This document shows positions 13,454 through 26,013 of a stretch of DNA of 64,000 nt, piece by piece. A model generated the notes under the pieces. It did no database searches, had not been told where the DNA came from, and worked only from the letters and a program-made list of their open reading frames with translations. Position 1 is the stretch's first letter; every line of letters begins with the position of its first letter. Both the position numbers and the translations under genes were made by a program. The DNA is from Nemertoderma westbladi (taxonomy: Eukaryota > Animalia > Xenacoelomorpha). The stretch covers positions 1 to 64,000 of the forward strand of contig JAUCBJ010006757.1 in assembly GCA_032718475.1 (NCBI GenBank). Direction: 5' to 3'.

Positions 13454-15000
13454 ATAACTGAGTTGATAGAAGATGATCTTGGTATCAGGGAGCGATATAC
13501 CCTACCATTGCAAGCGTTTGTTGATAGTTTAATACGCGGCGACGTTAGTCAACCCACTACGGAGGACGATGGCCGTTATATCGAACCGCCAATGTCACAG
13601 GAACAGCTCACACGTGAATTGGACTATAGAAAATCTCGCTATACGCATCGTAATGGTACGCATATGGACTTCTTAACTACTGGTCATCCTATCGATTTAC
13701 ACGATATGGACGATGTCGACACCGAAAGGGAAATGGTCCTATTTAAATATCATACTCATCGGAGTCGGAACGATAAACTGAGAATCGAACACGAAAATTC
13801 TATTCGAAACCAACTCGAAAGAGAAGACGTTAAAGAACCGGATAAACGCAGTGACTTCAACGTATATTTGGAATTCTTGAGAGAGACATTGTAAAACTTG
13901 AGAAAGATCACCCGCGTTTCCCCTACAAGACGTGCGTCTTTGGTATTATTACGATGAATGCCCTAGACCCAACCAACACACGGAAAGACATAAACATCCG
14001 CGGAGACGTTGCGCTAAACACAGCTTTGCTCGCTATATTTACGGGAGTTTCGAGCGAAACTTGTTCGACGTATCACCTACGCTCGCTCGAATCAAACGAT
14101 CCTTAAATAAACCCATGATCAGAGTTCCAGAATACTCGGTCAGGCCTCCTCATTCCCTGGTGAAACCTCAGACTCTTGATCCTAATAGTATGACAGATCC
14201 TCCTGAACTGTACTCATTGTTCAAAGATCTAGTGTTACCCGAACAATTAGTCGGTGGCACTCCGGTTGTGGGCTCCCTAGATATTCGCCCATCCTACCTA
14301 GCCGGATTGGGACGCGGACATTTAATATCGCCGTTCAACCTGTATAATCGTCCCGGTTTAACCCCGATACAACCTGTCACCGAGGTGGAGGAGAGAGTTG
14401 TACGCAACACGTTAGACACTATTCGACAAAAGATTGGAAAAGGAACCTACGATTGTTTAGAGAAACGTAAATTGCAGCAGCAAGTCCAAGCGGTAAACGA
14501 ATTAGCTTTATCTCAGTTCGATCGGGAAATCCAGAATCTCTAAGAAGATATCGAACTTGGACGACCCTACTCTCTGAAAGAGTTTTGGACGAATGCTTCC
14601 AACGACAAGCGGAGGAAAATCAGCTCGAGGAGAAGCATATCGATTTCAACAGAGCCCGAGAACGCGAGTCGGAAAGAACATCAAACCGAGGAAATTTCTC
14701 ACTACACACGGTCCACCTACCGCTCAAGTGCAAACGACCCGTCAGGGACCAGTAAGAGCTGCTGTCTTGAAACGCGCTCTGAAGGTTGTTCGACCTCGTT
14801 CCACTGAGGTTGATACCGATCAACCGAGTACCTCGACCGGCGGATACACCGACCGTCATCCTAAACCTTCCAATGCAATTGTATTGCACCCTTCACCCAG
14901 GAGTTATAGCCCTCCTAGTAAAGTGGCTCACCCCAAAGAGAAAAGTACTCTTGCTAGCCTCAAAAAACTACGTAAACGCTGTTCGGGTAAGAAGGACCAA
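13454..15000 (+). pseudogene. Extra 3' ORF (ORF2) of copy A, unknown function, fragmented
   Basis: Pieces 13463-13894, 13932-14543 and 14593-15000 are homologous to the ORF2 regions of B and C. The start ATG is mutated to ATA at 13454. Confidence 0.75.
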
Positions 15001-15068
15001 CTGTTTAGAGTATTTTTATATTTTAGAAACTGTGATTTTTTATATTTTATAGAATTAAATCCCATTTT

Positions 15069-15078
15069 CTGGGAGCGG
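15069..15078 (+). other. Polypurine tract of copy A
   Basis: ctGGGAGCGG lies immediately 5' of the LTR start TGTAAAAGC and is identical in B and C. Confidence 0.75.
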
Positions 15079-16346
15079 TGTAAAAGCTTTTGCGGATATA
15101 ACAAGCCATTTTTCTCCGCAATATACTGTGTAGGTGTTTTAGCGGACATAACAAGCCATTTTTACCCACTATGTCTGCATGTGTGCTTTAGCGGACATAA
15201 CAAGCCATTTTCTCCGCAATGCACTTAATACTCTAAAAGATGACTCAGATGACGCAATCTGTCAGCTGATTTACTGCCAACGCCATCTTCTCAACGCCAA
15301 CTTATCTTTGTTCTTTGTTCGGCTCAGCCAATCAGAGCGATTTTCACTTTGTGTTGGACAGTGCCTACAGAAACCCACGCAATTCAGTCAGTGTGTATCT
15401 TTTCTAAGCCCAGAACACCGGCTTAGGATTCTTCTGTACTTCTGTGGAAGTTTCAGACTTTGAACTAAACATCAGAAACATCAGATGGCTTTGATTACAA
15501 GAACGTAAAACTATTAACGATTCAACTACTGAATCATTGCTGAATCATACTTCATATCTGAATCACTGAAACATCGCCACACCGCAGCACTACGCAACGC
15601 GATTCAACTACCGCATCACACCGCAATTCATGCATTGCTGCACATGGAACACTGCATAAGTAACACATACTGACTGTTCACCGCATTATTTGATTCTGTT
15701 ATTACTTGGTGTTTATGTTGGTGTATATTGCTGATATATTTGGAGAATACCGATGAATAATCATAAAACCCTCAATCTTCTTGATTACTAAAGGTTAGAG
15801 GAACAGGTTTACCGGTAGCAACTGCGACTTACATCATAGTGGTTTTTGTGTGAATTGAATGCTATTTCATAATCCCTACATGTGTCAGTTGCGATCCTCC
15901 TTATATATGATCAAATTCAGTGACGGTCGGCAGATCAGTGCGCAGTAGTGTGAACTAGTGTGAAGTCGTGTGAAGTAGTGTTAAAGTTAATAAAGCATCT
16001 CCTAAAGAATGCGCTTTTTACGAAACTCAGTAGCCATCCAGTTGTGATTAGTATAAGTCATAACTCTGTTTTATACTTAAAGCGCCACGTCCTAAAGGAA
16101 CTGTTAATATTTCCCCGAAAGTGAATAATATTGTCAGAGATTATATATTGATGATCAATCGAATAACAGTAGGTCTACACTGCAATCACTATCAAAGCAT
16201 CCGAATCCAGTCTCCCTTAACTGTGGTTGAATGGTCGCGCACAGGCTGGCTTCGGCTGATGTAACTTCAGTACATTAAATAATCGATATATAAAAAGACA
16301 ATTAAAATTGGCAGGTTAAACTGCTAAAGGTCTAAAAGCGCGAACA
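15079..16346 (+). repeat. 3' LTR of copy A (1268 bp)
   Basis: TGTAAAAGCTT...GCGCGAACA termini match those of B and C. It has a CCAAT box (gccaatcagagcg, ~15327) and three ~55-bp U3 repeats (gcggacataacaagccatttt). Confidence 0.92.
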
Positions 16347-17974
16347 CTTTTGTTGGGTTATAACTTTTGCGTAGAGGTATAGCCTACAAAGAGGCTACAT
16401 GTAGGTATGTGTAGCCTACTTGTAGATGCACGTGTAGGGTGAATGTATGTAGGTGTAGGTAGATCTTTAAAAACAACCATGATGAATGAATAGGCCTACA
16501 CGGGGTACCCGGACCGGAACTTCCTCGATGAGATGCGAATGCGGCGAACGGGGGTGGTACCCGGAACAACCACGAAGAGATGCGCATATGGCGGGCGGTG
16601 GTACCCGAAACAACCAGGAGGAGATGCGAATACGTCAAATGGGGGTCCCCTGAATACCCACGAGACGGAGCCTATCAATACTACAGTACTGACAAAGGAA
16701 AAAACGACTGAACGATATACTGATACATACTGTAGATCTTATGATCCTGCGGGTTCAGGCATGGAGGCTAATGACTTTGAATCGAACCTGATGTTTCCAG
16801 TCAAGGAGGAATCTACTAACGGTTAGGGTTAGAGGTCGTCGTCGGTGTCCATGAGGGTCTGAGGATGAGTGGGTGATTCAACAAAACGCTAACAATGATA
16901 CCGGACTGACTGATTGAACCAGAGTGGCGATGGTAGTCGCTGATGTATATATATTATATCATGTATTGATTGTTAGTAGATATTTTTTTATAATATTTGT
17001 TTATTAAATTGTCTTTAATGTCTATATTGATAATATTGTGTGCTGATTTTACTTATTTTCCATTTTATAAATCTTGCTGTGGCCGTTTTAATCTAGGCCT
17101 ACTACAAACTGCCGTTTTAATGGATATGCAATTTAACTTCTTCTTTCTATTAACTTTGAATGCAATCCAATATAACTGTAAAGCTATTGACTTTCATGTT
17201 ATTGTTTTGCTGTTACTTCGAGATGGGATTTGAATCCCATGGGAATACTTTATAATGAAACAGTGTGGTGGTCCGCGGGATAGTGGGAAGGGATGGGACT
17301 GTTGCTGGTTGGTGGAATGTGACTGCCTGAAAAATTAAAACAAACAAAACTTCCAGACTTCTATATTTTTACTTTCAAAACAAAATGTCCAAAACATTTC
17401 AATGCTGAAGTACTGTTCAAGTCCCATGGATGTATGGTTGATAAACAGATAAAGAGGGGCAGAGGGGGGTCAGGGTTTCTGGTAGACTATAGTCCCCACG
17501 ATGATGGCTGTTTGTTTAGGTTACTCTTACTCAATAAACATATAAATCAGAACGAGTTAATCTAATGGAACGATGCCTTTCGTGGCGTTAGCATACTCAA
17601 ATTTATTAGGGCCTAATATTTATGACGAGTAAGGGACTTTAGTATAATCAGAACGCGATGTTTGATATTTATACAGTACTGCAGTAAAACCTGTTGTCTG
17701 ACAGCAGACATGTCTGCAGGTTGATGTACCGTATTGTACAGTGGAGATCAGAGATTATTGCCATACATCCTGCGCGCGAGCTGGGGGAAGATCTTCTCTG
17801 TGCTGGGGGTAAGACCGCGTAAGAAAAGGGGGAAGAGGGGGAAAGAAAAGGGGTATGGATCTATAAATAGCATCCAATGGGATGCCTCTACTTTACGACC
17901 GTTCTATACTGTAAACATACAGCTGTCTACCTTATTGAGAAGTGGTAATACTATTTAATAGTTGCTAAACTTAC

Positions 17975-19930
17975 CCCCACCCACCCACCTATCATTACAC
18001 ACCTACTGTACTTAACCATACATACCCATTCCTACATAGCTACTTACACGTACCCTCCCACCCACCTAAGCACGTCGACTTAACTGCACCCACCCACCCA
18101 CCTAAGCACACCTACTTAACCGCACCCACCCAAGCACGTCTACTTAACCGCACCCACCCACCCACCTAAGCACGTACACTTACCCGCACCCACCCACCTA
18201 CATAAGCACACCTAGTTAACCGCACCCACCTAAGCACGTCTACTTAACCGAACCTACCCAAGCACGCCTACTTAAACGCACGTCTACTTACCCGCTCCCA
18301 CCCACACACCTAAGCACATCTACTTACCCGCACCCACCCACCCACCTAAGCACGTATACTTACCCGCAACCACCTACCTACCTAAGCATACCTAGTTAAC
18401 CGCACCCACCTAAGCACACCTACTTAACCGCACCCACCCTCCTAAGCACGTCTACTTAACCGCACCCACCCAAGCACGTCTACTTAACCGCACCCACCCA
18501 TCTAAGCACGTCTACTTACACGCACCCACCCACCTAATTAAGCACGTCTACTTACCCGCTCCCACCCACACACCTAAGCACGGCTACTTACCCGCACCCA
18601 CCCACCCACCCACCTAAGCACGTTTACTTACCCGCAACCACCTACCTACCTAAGCATACCTAGTTAACCGCACCCACCTAAGCATACCTACTTAACCGCA
18701 CCCACCCACCCACCCTCCTAAGCACGTCTACTTAACCGCACCCACCCAAGCACGTCTACTTAACCGCACCCACCCACCTCAGCACGTCTACTTACACGCA
18801 CCCACCCACCTACTTAAGCACGTATACTTACCCGCACCTACCTCCTACCTAAGCACACCTAGTTAACCGCACCCACCTAAGCACATCGACTTAACCGCAC
18901 CCACCCACCCACATAAGCACGTGTACTTAACCACACCTACCCACCCACCCACCTAAGCACGTATACTTACCCGCACCCACCTCCTACCTAAGCACACCTA
19001 GTTAACCGCACCCACCTAAGCACATCGACTTAACTGCACCCACCCACCCACATAAGCACGTGTACTTAACCACACCAACCCACCCACCCACCTAAGCACG
19101 TATACTTACCCGCACCCACCTCCTACCTAAGCACACATAGTTAACCGCACCCACCTAAGCACGTATACTTAACCACACCCACCCACCCACCTAAGCACGT
19201 TTACTTAACCACACCCACCCACCCACCTAAGCACATCGACTTAACGGCACCCACCCACCCACCTAAGCACCCCTACTTAACCGCACGTGTACTTAACCGC
19301 AAACAATCAACCAACTCACCTAAGCACGTCTACTTAACCGCAAAGCACACCTACTTAACCGCACCCACCCACCTACATAAGAACGTCTACTTAACCGCAC
19401 CCACCAACCCACCTAAGCACACCTACTTACCCGCACCAACCCACCTACATAAGCACGTCTACTTAACCACACCCACCCACCCTCCTAAGCACGTCTACTT
19501 AACCGCACCCACCCATCTACCTAAGCACAACTACTTAACTGCACCCACCCACCCACCTAAGCACATCGACTTAGCCGCACCCACCCACCCATCTAAGCAC
19601 ACCTACTTAACCGCACCCGGCCACCCACCCTCCTAAGCACATCGACTTAACCGCACCCACCCACCCACCTAAGCACACCTACTTAACTGCACCCACCCAC
19701 CCACCTAAGCACACCTACTTAACTGCACCCACCCACCAACCTAAGCAAGTCTACTTAACCGCATCCACACACCAAACTAAGCAAGCACGTCTACTTAACC
19801 ACACCCAACCTCCCCTACCCCTACACACCTAATTACCCGCACTCACCTACCCCTACCCACCCCCCCTCCCTCCCACACCCTATTTACCCGCACCGATCGC
19901 CCGAACCTAACAAACACACCCACCCCTACT
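17975..19930. repeat. C/A-rich minisatellite, unit ~28-40 bp: (CACC)n-TAAGCACGTCTACTTAACCG
   Basis: Directly visible tandem array of ~2 kb with a variable number of CACC per unit. Confidence 0.95.
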
Positions 19931-20446
19931 TTATCCTACCTTATTCAGACTCCACGGCAAACATTCTCGGAGCAATCGTGCCGTACCAGAAATTTGCAAA
20001 AACGTAAAGCAGGGACAGTTTTCGCCAAAACCTTTTTTACAAGAACCTTTTTTTATAATCGTTTCCTATAAAATAATGCTAAGTTTTTACATCCTAGAAC
20101 ATTCGATAACTATTGTAAATTATTGTAATTAATTAATAGGTTGGTTGCTTTTTTTACCATATATTATTAAATAAATGTGAGATAGTTAGTGCAGTTAGTT
20201 TAATTATAATATCGTAAACATCACTGCACAAAAACGCGTTTTACACACCAGATCTTTAAAACATTACCTTTATTCGCATGCGAAAATAAGGGTTATGCCA
20301 GAGCCAGCCTAGAGGCCAAGCAAGGTACCGGTAGCCGTAGCAATGCTAGAAGCTAGAAGCTTCCTATTGGGTGCTATTTTTAGATCCTTCCCCCTTTTCT
20401 TACCCCCTCATCCGTGCCACCGCTGATTCAGCCAAACAACCCAGGC

Positions 20447-20650
20447 AGCTCCGTAGCCCATCATTGTTCCAATTCTTCCGGTAGGCTATCATTACGGCTC
20501 TCCTAATTTGTTTCAAATTTGTTTCACTGGCATACTTAACATTGTTCCAATTTGTTGAGCTCCGTAGCCCATCATTGTTCCAATTCTCCGGTAGACTATC
20601 TTTACGGCCCTCCTAATTTGTTTCAAATTTGTTTCACTGGCATACATAGC
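20447..20650. repeat. ~110-bp tandem duplication
   Basis: gctccgtagcccatcattgttccaattc...tttcactggcatac occurs twice, with a degenerate third copy to ~20715. Confidence 0.8.
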
Positions 20651-21095
20651 ATTGCAGGTAGGACACCATTACGTGGCTCCTAATATGTTTCAATTATGTT
20701 CCAATTTTGTTTCAATTAACAGAGACATACTAGTGGCAGTACGCGCGCAAAAGATATACCCCTTTTGTTGTCCTTTTAATGACTTTTTATGGATGTATTT
20801 CTTCAAACTGTCAGACTGCTGATTTCTGGACTGTCAGACAGTTGTTTTCAACATGCCTATGCCAAAACATTCAAAATTTGTTGATTTCTGGTCTGTCGGA
20901 CAGTTGGTTTCACTATGCCTGTGCCAAAACATTCCATGATTCCATGATTTATAGACTATGAGATAGAATTCCATATGCGCCTGTGGTAAAAGACTCTAAA
21001 TTTAATAGTTTGTGGTTGTTGTAGATAATCGATTACCACATGACGTAGCAAAACACTCATTTTATAGCCAAAAACAATTACCAATTGATGGAAAG

Positions 21096-21960
21096 GCCGG
21101 ATTTTCTAACCAAAACAATAAACAGTCACTTTACCAAATCAGGGAAAGGAGCAGGTTACAGAGGCGGGATTTTCTAACCAAAACAATAAACGATCATTTA
21201 ACTAATTGAGGGAAAGGAGCAGGTTACAGAGGCGGGATTTTCTAACCAAAACAATAAACGATAACATTACCAATTGAGAGAAAGGAGCAGGTTACAGAGG
21301 CGGGATTTTTTAACCAAAACAATAAACAGTCACTTTACCAAATCAGGGAAAGGAGCAGGTTACAGAGATGGGATTTTCTAACCAAAACAATAAACGATAA
21401 CATTACCAATTGAGAGAGAGGAGCAGGTTACAGAGGCGGGATTTTCTAACTAAAACAATAAACAGTCACTTTACCAAATCAGGGAAAGGAGCAGGTTACA
21501 GAGACGGGATTTTCTAACCAAAACAATAAACGATAACATTACCAATTGAGAGAAAGGAGCAGGTTACAGAGGCGGGATTTCCTAACCAAAACAATAAACG
21601 ATCACTTAACTAATTGAGGGAAAGGAGCAGGTTACAGAGGCGGGAGTTTCTAACCAAAACAATAAACAGTCACTTTACCAAATCAGGGAAAGGAGCAGGT
21701 TATAGAGACGGGATTTTCTAACCAAAACAATAAACGATAACATTACCAATTGAGAGAAAGGAGCAGGTTACAGAGGCGGGATTTCCTAACCAAAACAATA
21801 AACGATCACTTAACTAATTGAGGGAAAGGAGCAGGCTACAGAGGCGGGATTTTCTAACCAAAACAATAAACGATCATTTAACTAATTGAGGGAAAGGGGT
21901 AGGTTACAGAGGCGGGGAAAAGGAGCAGGTTACAGAGGCGGGATTTTCTAACCAAAACAA
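21096..21960. repeat. 68-bp minisatellite, ~12-13 copies, three subunit variants
   Basis: aaaggagcaggttacagaggcgggattttctaaccaaaacaataaac recurs with a period of 68 (21145, 21213, 21281...). Confidence 0.95.
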
Positions 21961-22518
21961 CCGGTCAGCCGTTAGGCCTACCAGTACCGTATTTAAATGG
22001 TAGGCTACACAGTAGGCCTACAGCAGTACCGGTGCCGGTACCGGTACTAAAATACAGAAATACCTGCTTTATACCTACATCTGTACATACAATACAGCAA
22101 AATAGTGCTATATATACTAATACCGGTACTGATAGCCTGAGAGAACAGCAGTAGAGAAACCGGTAGCATGGAACCTAACATTAGATTTTTGGAGGACATA
22201 AAAAATTAAAAAAAAGGACAAAAAAAGGATTTAAACGGACAATAAAAATTATTGCGTTAGTGAAATATGAAATATTGCGGAAACAACCTATTTTACAGTA
22301 CGTACCGGTACCAGTACTTCAACTTCTAGGTATTTCAGTGCCCCATATTTTCACCTTATAATTATTGTACCAAAGTGAGAAGTTCTCGAGTTTCACGAAT
22401 TTTTAGATTCAGACATTTCTCCCTCTTTAAGGAATAACAAAAGACTTTAAGTGTTGGAATGACTTACAATTTGAACAGGTCACTACCGGTACTGTATATA
22501 TATATACTGTATCATTAT

Positions 22519-23560
22519 ACATTTGTTGTCACAGTAACACTGATGGTGGGTGATACCTTTGAAGTTTTATGGGGAGACCTCCAAGGTGACACACTTGCAA
22601 CATTCTTATTCATAATTATTGTGGTTGACTACTGTATATCCTACGCATGTCCTTCGAACATCATAATGAAGATGGGGTGTTGATCACACCCCCTAATATG
22701 GCTACAGAAGTCGAGTAAATCCAGCCAAGCGCCTAAATGATCTAGACTATGCTAGAGTAGGAGTAGGCCTACAGGTACCTCAGAATCACAAAGAGGGTGC
22801 CCAACGACTTCAAACTTTATTTACCAATACATTTGAAGTTTTTCGTGCTATTTAGTCGTACTGTAGCTGTAACTTAGGCCTACTGTACAACAAAACGGTG
22901 TGAGATAAAGTGCTATATTAGCCTACTTCATACCTGCGGATGGAGGGAGTAAAATAATATTAACAGATCAAACATGTAAAGAATTATCGAATATAATTGC
23001 AGTTTCGGGGTGTTTACCGCTTGTGTTCCCAATTCCAAGGTGGAACAGCCCTTGCTCTATTACCATACTATGCAAAACCATGTGGTGAGGAATTCGCAAA
23101 GGGAAAGCTTGATCTGCCATACACAAGCTATCCAGGGTCTGGAAGAGTTGTGATATCTCATGCTCTTTTAAAGGCACGCCTTTTCCGTGCAGAAGTGAAG
23201 CCTCTATGGCAGCCCATGCTGGGCTCTAACAGCTGAGAGATACCCGGTCTCTGTATGGTACATATAGGATGTGGGGCAGGGTGCACTGGTGCACAACATT
23301 GCCCATGATGTACACATAAGCAAGCAATTATGTGTTTTACAAAGATGGCAACATCTTATTGTCAAGACCCAGCATTACCCTGCAGAGACGCCACCTGAAG
23401 CTTGCTCGGAGCTTTGGCCGGCAGGATCAACCTTTAGACTACATTGTGCTATGGCAGCCTGCTGGTGAGAATAGGCGAAGTGGACAGCCAATGGCTTACC
23501 TAAAACGGCTGCTCAAGGGCACCGGACTTTAGAATAGGGATGAACTGGTAAAGTGTAAGC
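22519..23560 (+). mobile_element. Highly degenerate 5'-truncated non-LTR retrotransposon (RTE-type RT, 3' half)
   Basis: FEVLWGDLQGDTLATFLFIIIVVDY and later VLWQP motifs; colinear with the better-preserved copy at 52207-53248. Confidence 0.75.
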
Positions 23561-23561
23561 C

Positions 23562-24060
23562 TATGGCTGATTGTGAGATCTGGGGGCGCTATGTTGCTGT
23601 GATCCGCCGACACTGTATATGGCTGACTGTGAGATCTGGGGACGCTATGTTGCTGGGTCCGCCGACACTGTGCAGTATATGGCTGGCTGTGAGATCTGGG
23701 GCGCTATGTTGCTGGGTCTGCCGACACTGTATATGGCTGATTGTGAGATCTGGGGGCGCTATGTTGCTGTGATCCGCCGACACTGTATATGGCTGACTGT
23801 GAGATCTGGGGACGCTATGTTGCTGGGTCCGCCGACACTGTATATGGCTGGCTGTGAGATCTGGGGCGCTATGTTGCTGGGTCTGCCGACACTGTATATG
23901 GCTGGCTGTGAGATCTGGGGCGCTATGTTGCTGGGTCCGCCTGCACAGTATATGGCTGACTGTGAGATCTGGGGGCGCTATTTTGCTATGGGTCCGCCGA
24001 CACTGTATATGGCTGACTTTGAGATCTGGGGGCGCTATGTTGCCGTTTTCCGCTGACACT
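23562..24060. repeat. ~55-bp minisatellite, ~9 copies, at the 3' end of the LINE remnant
   Basis: Unit tatggctgactgtgagatctgggggcgctatgttgctgggtccgccgacactgta. Confidence 0.95.
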
Positions 24061-24349
24061 GCTGCACCTTAGTGCAAGCCAATCATAATCAACATGAAAA
24101 AGCAGCCCACACTTACGCCTATGCTTTTATTAGGAGCGAGTAACACAATATGGCAGTAGTAATCACACCATATGTGCATACTTTGGACTTTAGATAGATG
24201 GAGCTTTATGACGTAGAGTACAGTACTGTAGGTTGTACAAAAGGGCTATTGTAGGTAACATAGTAACCATTTCATTGTGTACTCTGCGCAATGTACTGTA
24301 CATACCTAATACATTATATAAGTAGTTACGTTAGTGTAGCACGTACACC

Positions 24350-24350
<1 letters not shown>

Positions 24351-24380
<30 letters not shown>
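24351..24380. repeat. C30 homopolymer
   Basis: Seen directly. Confidence 0.9.
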
Positions 24381-26013
24381 TACCATGCCGCCATGTGTAA
24401 TTCAAAATAATGTACATTCAATAGTGCATTATTCATAGGTCTAGGGATACAATTACCTACGCCATTGTACTGTGTAAGGACTACAATATATTATTTTATG
24501 CTACAGTGTTCTTACTGTACTTCAATGGTATCAAGGGGGGTGAAGGCCATGGAGCGCAAATAACTTTAAATTATTGAATAACGTAAAGTGTATCCAAAAG
24601 AAAAATTGCATAAAATGAGAATGATATCCCAGGTACGAATCTTTACAATTTACATAATTAACATAAAGAAATTGTATTAAATTTAAATTTAATTTCATTA
24701 TATATTTTGTTGTACAGTATATAAATTTACAATTATAGCTCAGTTTCCAATGCTAAATGTTTCTGAGAGAGAGTGGTGTGGGTGTAATGACAGTGGAGGT
24801 GGAAAAGGAGCCTCGGATTGCATCCTATGTTATTTATTTTTTCACGTACACTAGGCCTACGTTTACACTTATGCGTTACACTTACGTTTACTTTTACTCT
24901 ACTTATAGTGATAATAATTTTAAATAAATTCAAAAAATAAAATGATGAGGTAGGCCTGAATCAAAAAATTGTCTACGGCTTCTATTTAGAGATATACAGT
25001 ATACAGTTTATAGCAATTAATGCGAACAAGGCCAGTACAAAAAGTTAATTAATTCCCCATTGAATGACAAAAATTATCACAGAACACTTAATTCACTTTT
25101 GAAGAATGGCATTAATTAGACCGTTTAATCAATCGGCAATCAATGCAATCAGAGCATCCAATTAATATACGAGACCTAATTACAGTAAGAATACAGTATA
25201 AATATATACTGTATTATAATTCTCGTTGGGACCAGCTTAGCAAATACGGCAATGATATTCAGGTGGGATCGAACTGGTGACCTTCAGATTAGAGTTACCG
25301 GAAACACTAACTGATATTTTGTGTCCCCAATTAACGTCATCTTGTCAATACCAATCACCTGCTGTCCGCCCACCCAATAATAATTATTATACAGTATCTC
25401 TGCCGCGCTCATCTCGATGCTGTAGACAATTTCATTTATTGTTGTTTATTAATTGTCAATCGCATCAATCACGGGCAACCTGCTGCGTGCAGTGATTACT
25501 TTGGGGGTAGGCCTACTGTAGTAGCAAGTCTCTCCCAAGGACAGGGACAGAATGTCAAACCACCCCCCTCCCCCCCCCCCCCCCCTCATTAAATGTAAAC
25601 TAAAGAGTTAAATATGGAAAACAAATTTTGCTAAGGTGTGTATAACCGTGCAATAAATATATAAATGTGGCATTTACAAATACTGCTACTCACAACAAAA
25701 TACTGTAAGGTTGTGAATTTTGATTTGTGGTGAAGGTGAAAATAATTTATTTTAAGACCTCAAACGTTTATTGACAATTAAACAACAATTACCTAAAAAC
25801 AAAAGATTTAGAAAAAAAGGACATGAAAACGCCATGTGAAGAATACCAGGGTTTCACTTTTAGTCGAAATTACATTGGAATTTTAAAATGTATCATCGCA
25901 GTATTAATTGTGAAAATTATTGTGCGAATTTATTAAAAGTGAAAATATAACAACATAAAATCTGGTATAGGCCTACTTCACATGGCAGTATGGGCCCATA
26001 AAAACTCACTGCC

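Larger units (their letters stand above)
6173..16346 (+). mobile_element. BEL/Pao LTR retrotransposon copy A: 5'-truncated, non-autonomous, degenerate
   Basis: Homology to the leader of copies B and C begins at ~6173 (gactcc..ccagaaataataac). It contains gag-PR remnants, the 3' cargo, a PPT and a complete 3' LTR. The 5' LTR and PBS are absent. Confidence 0.93.

Noticed and set aside
13914-13925. Programmed -1 frameshift at T-TTC-CCC in ORF2
   Set aside because: It would join the frames in A, but B has a different nearby indel and CCC is a poor slippery codon. It cannot be separated from decay.
13454-15228. ORF2 as an envelope gene
   Set aside because: No signal peptide, fusion peptide or TM anchor. 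The hydrophobic tail of ORF 14593-15228 is read-through into the PPT/LTR, caused by TAA>CAA at ~14998 in A only.
21096-21960. CRISPR-like look (constant repeat plus variable spacer)
   Set aside because: The variable parts are three mutually related sequences reused many times, there are no cas genes, and the context is eukaryotic. It is a minisatellite.
23589-24072. ORFs of 72-156 aa on both strands
   Set aside because: They are products of the 55-bp tandem repeat.
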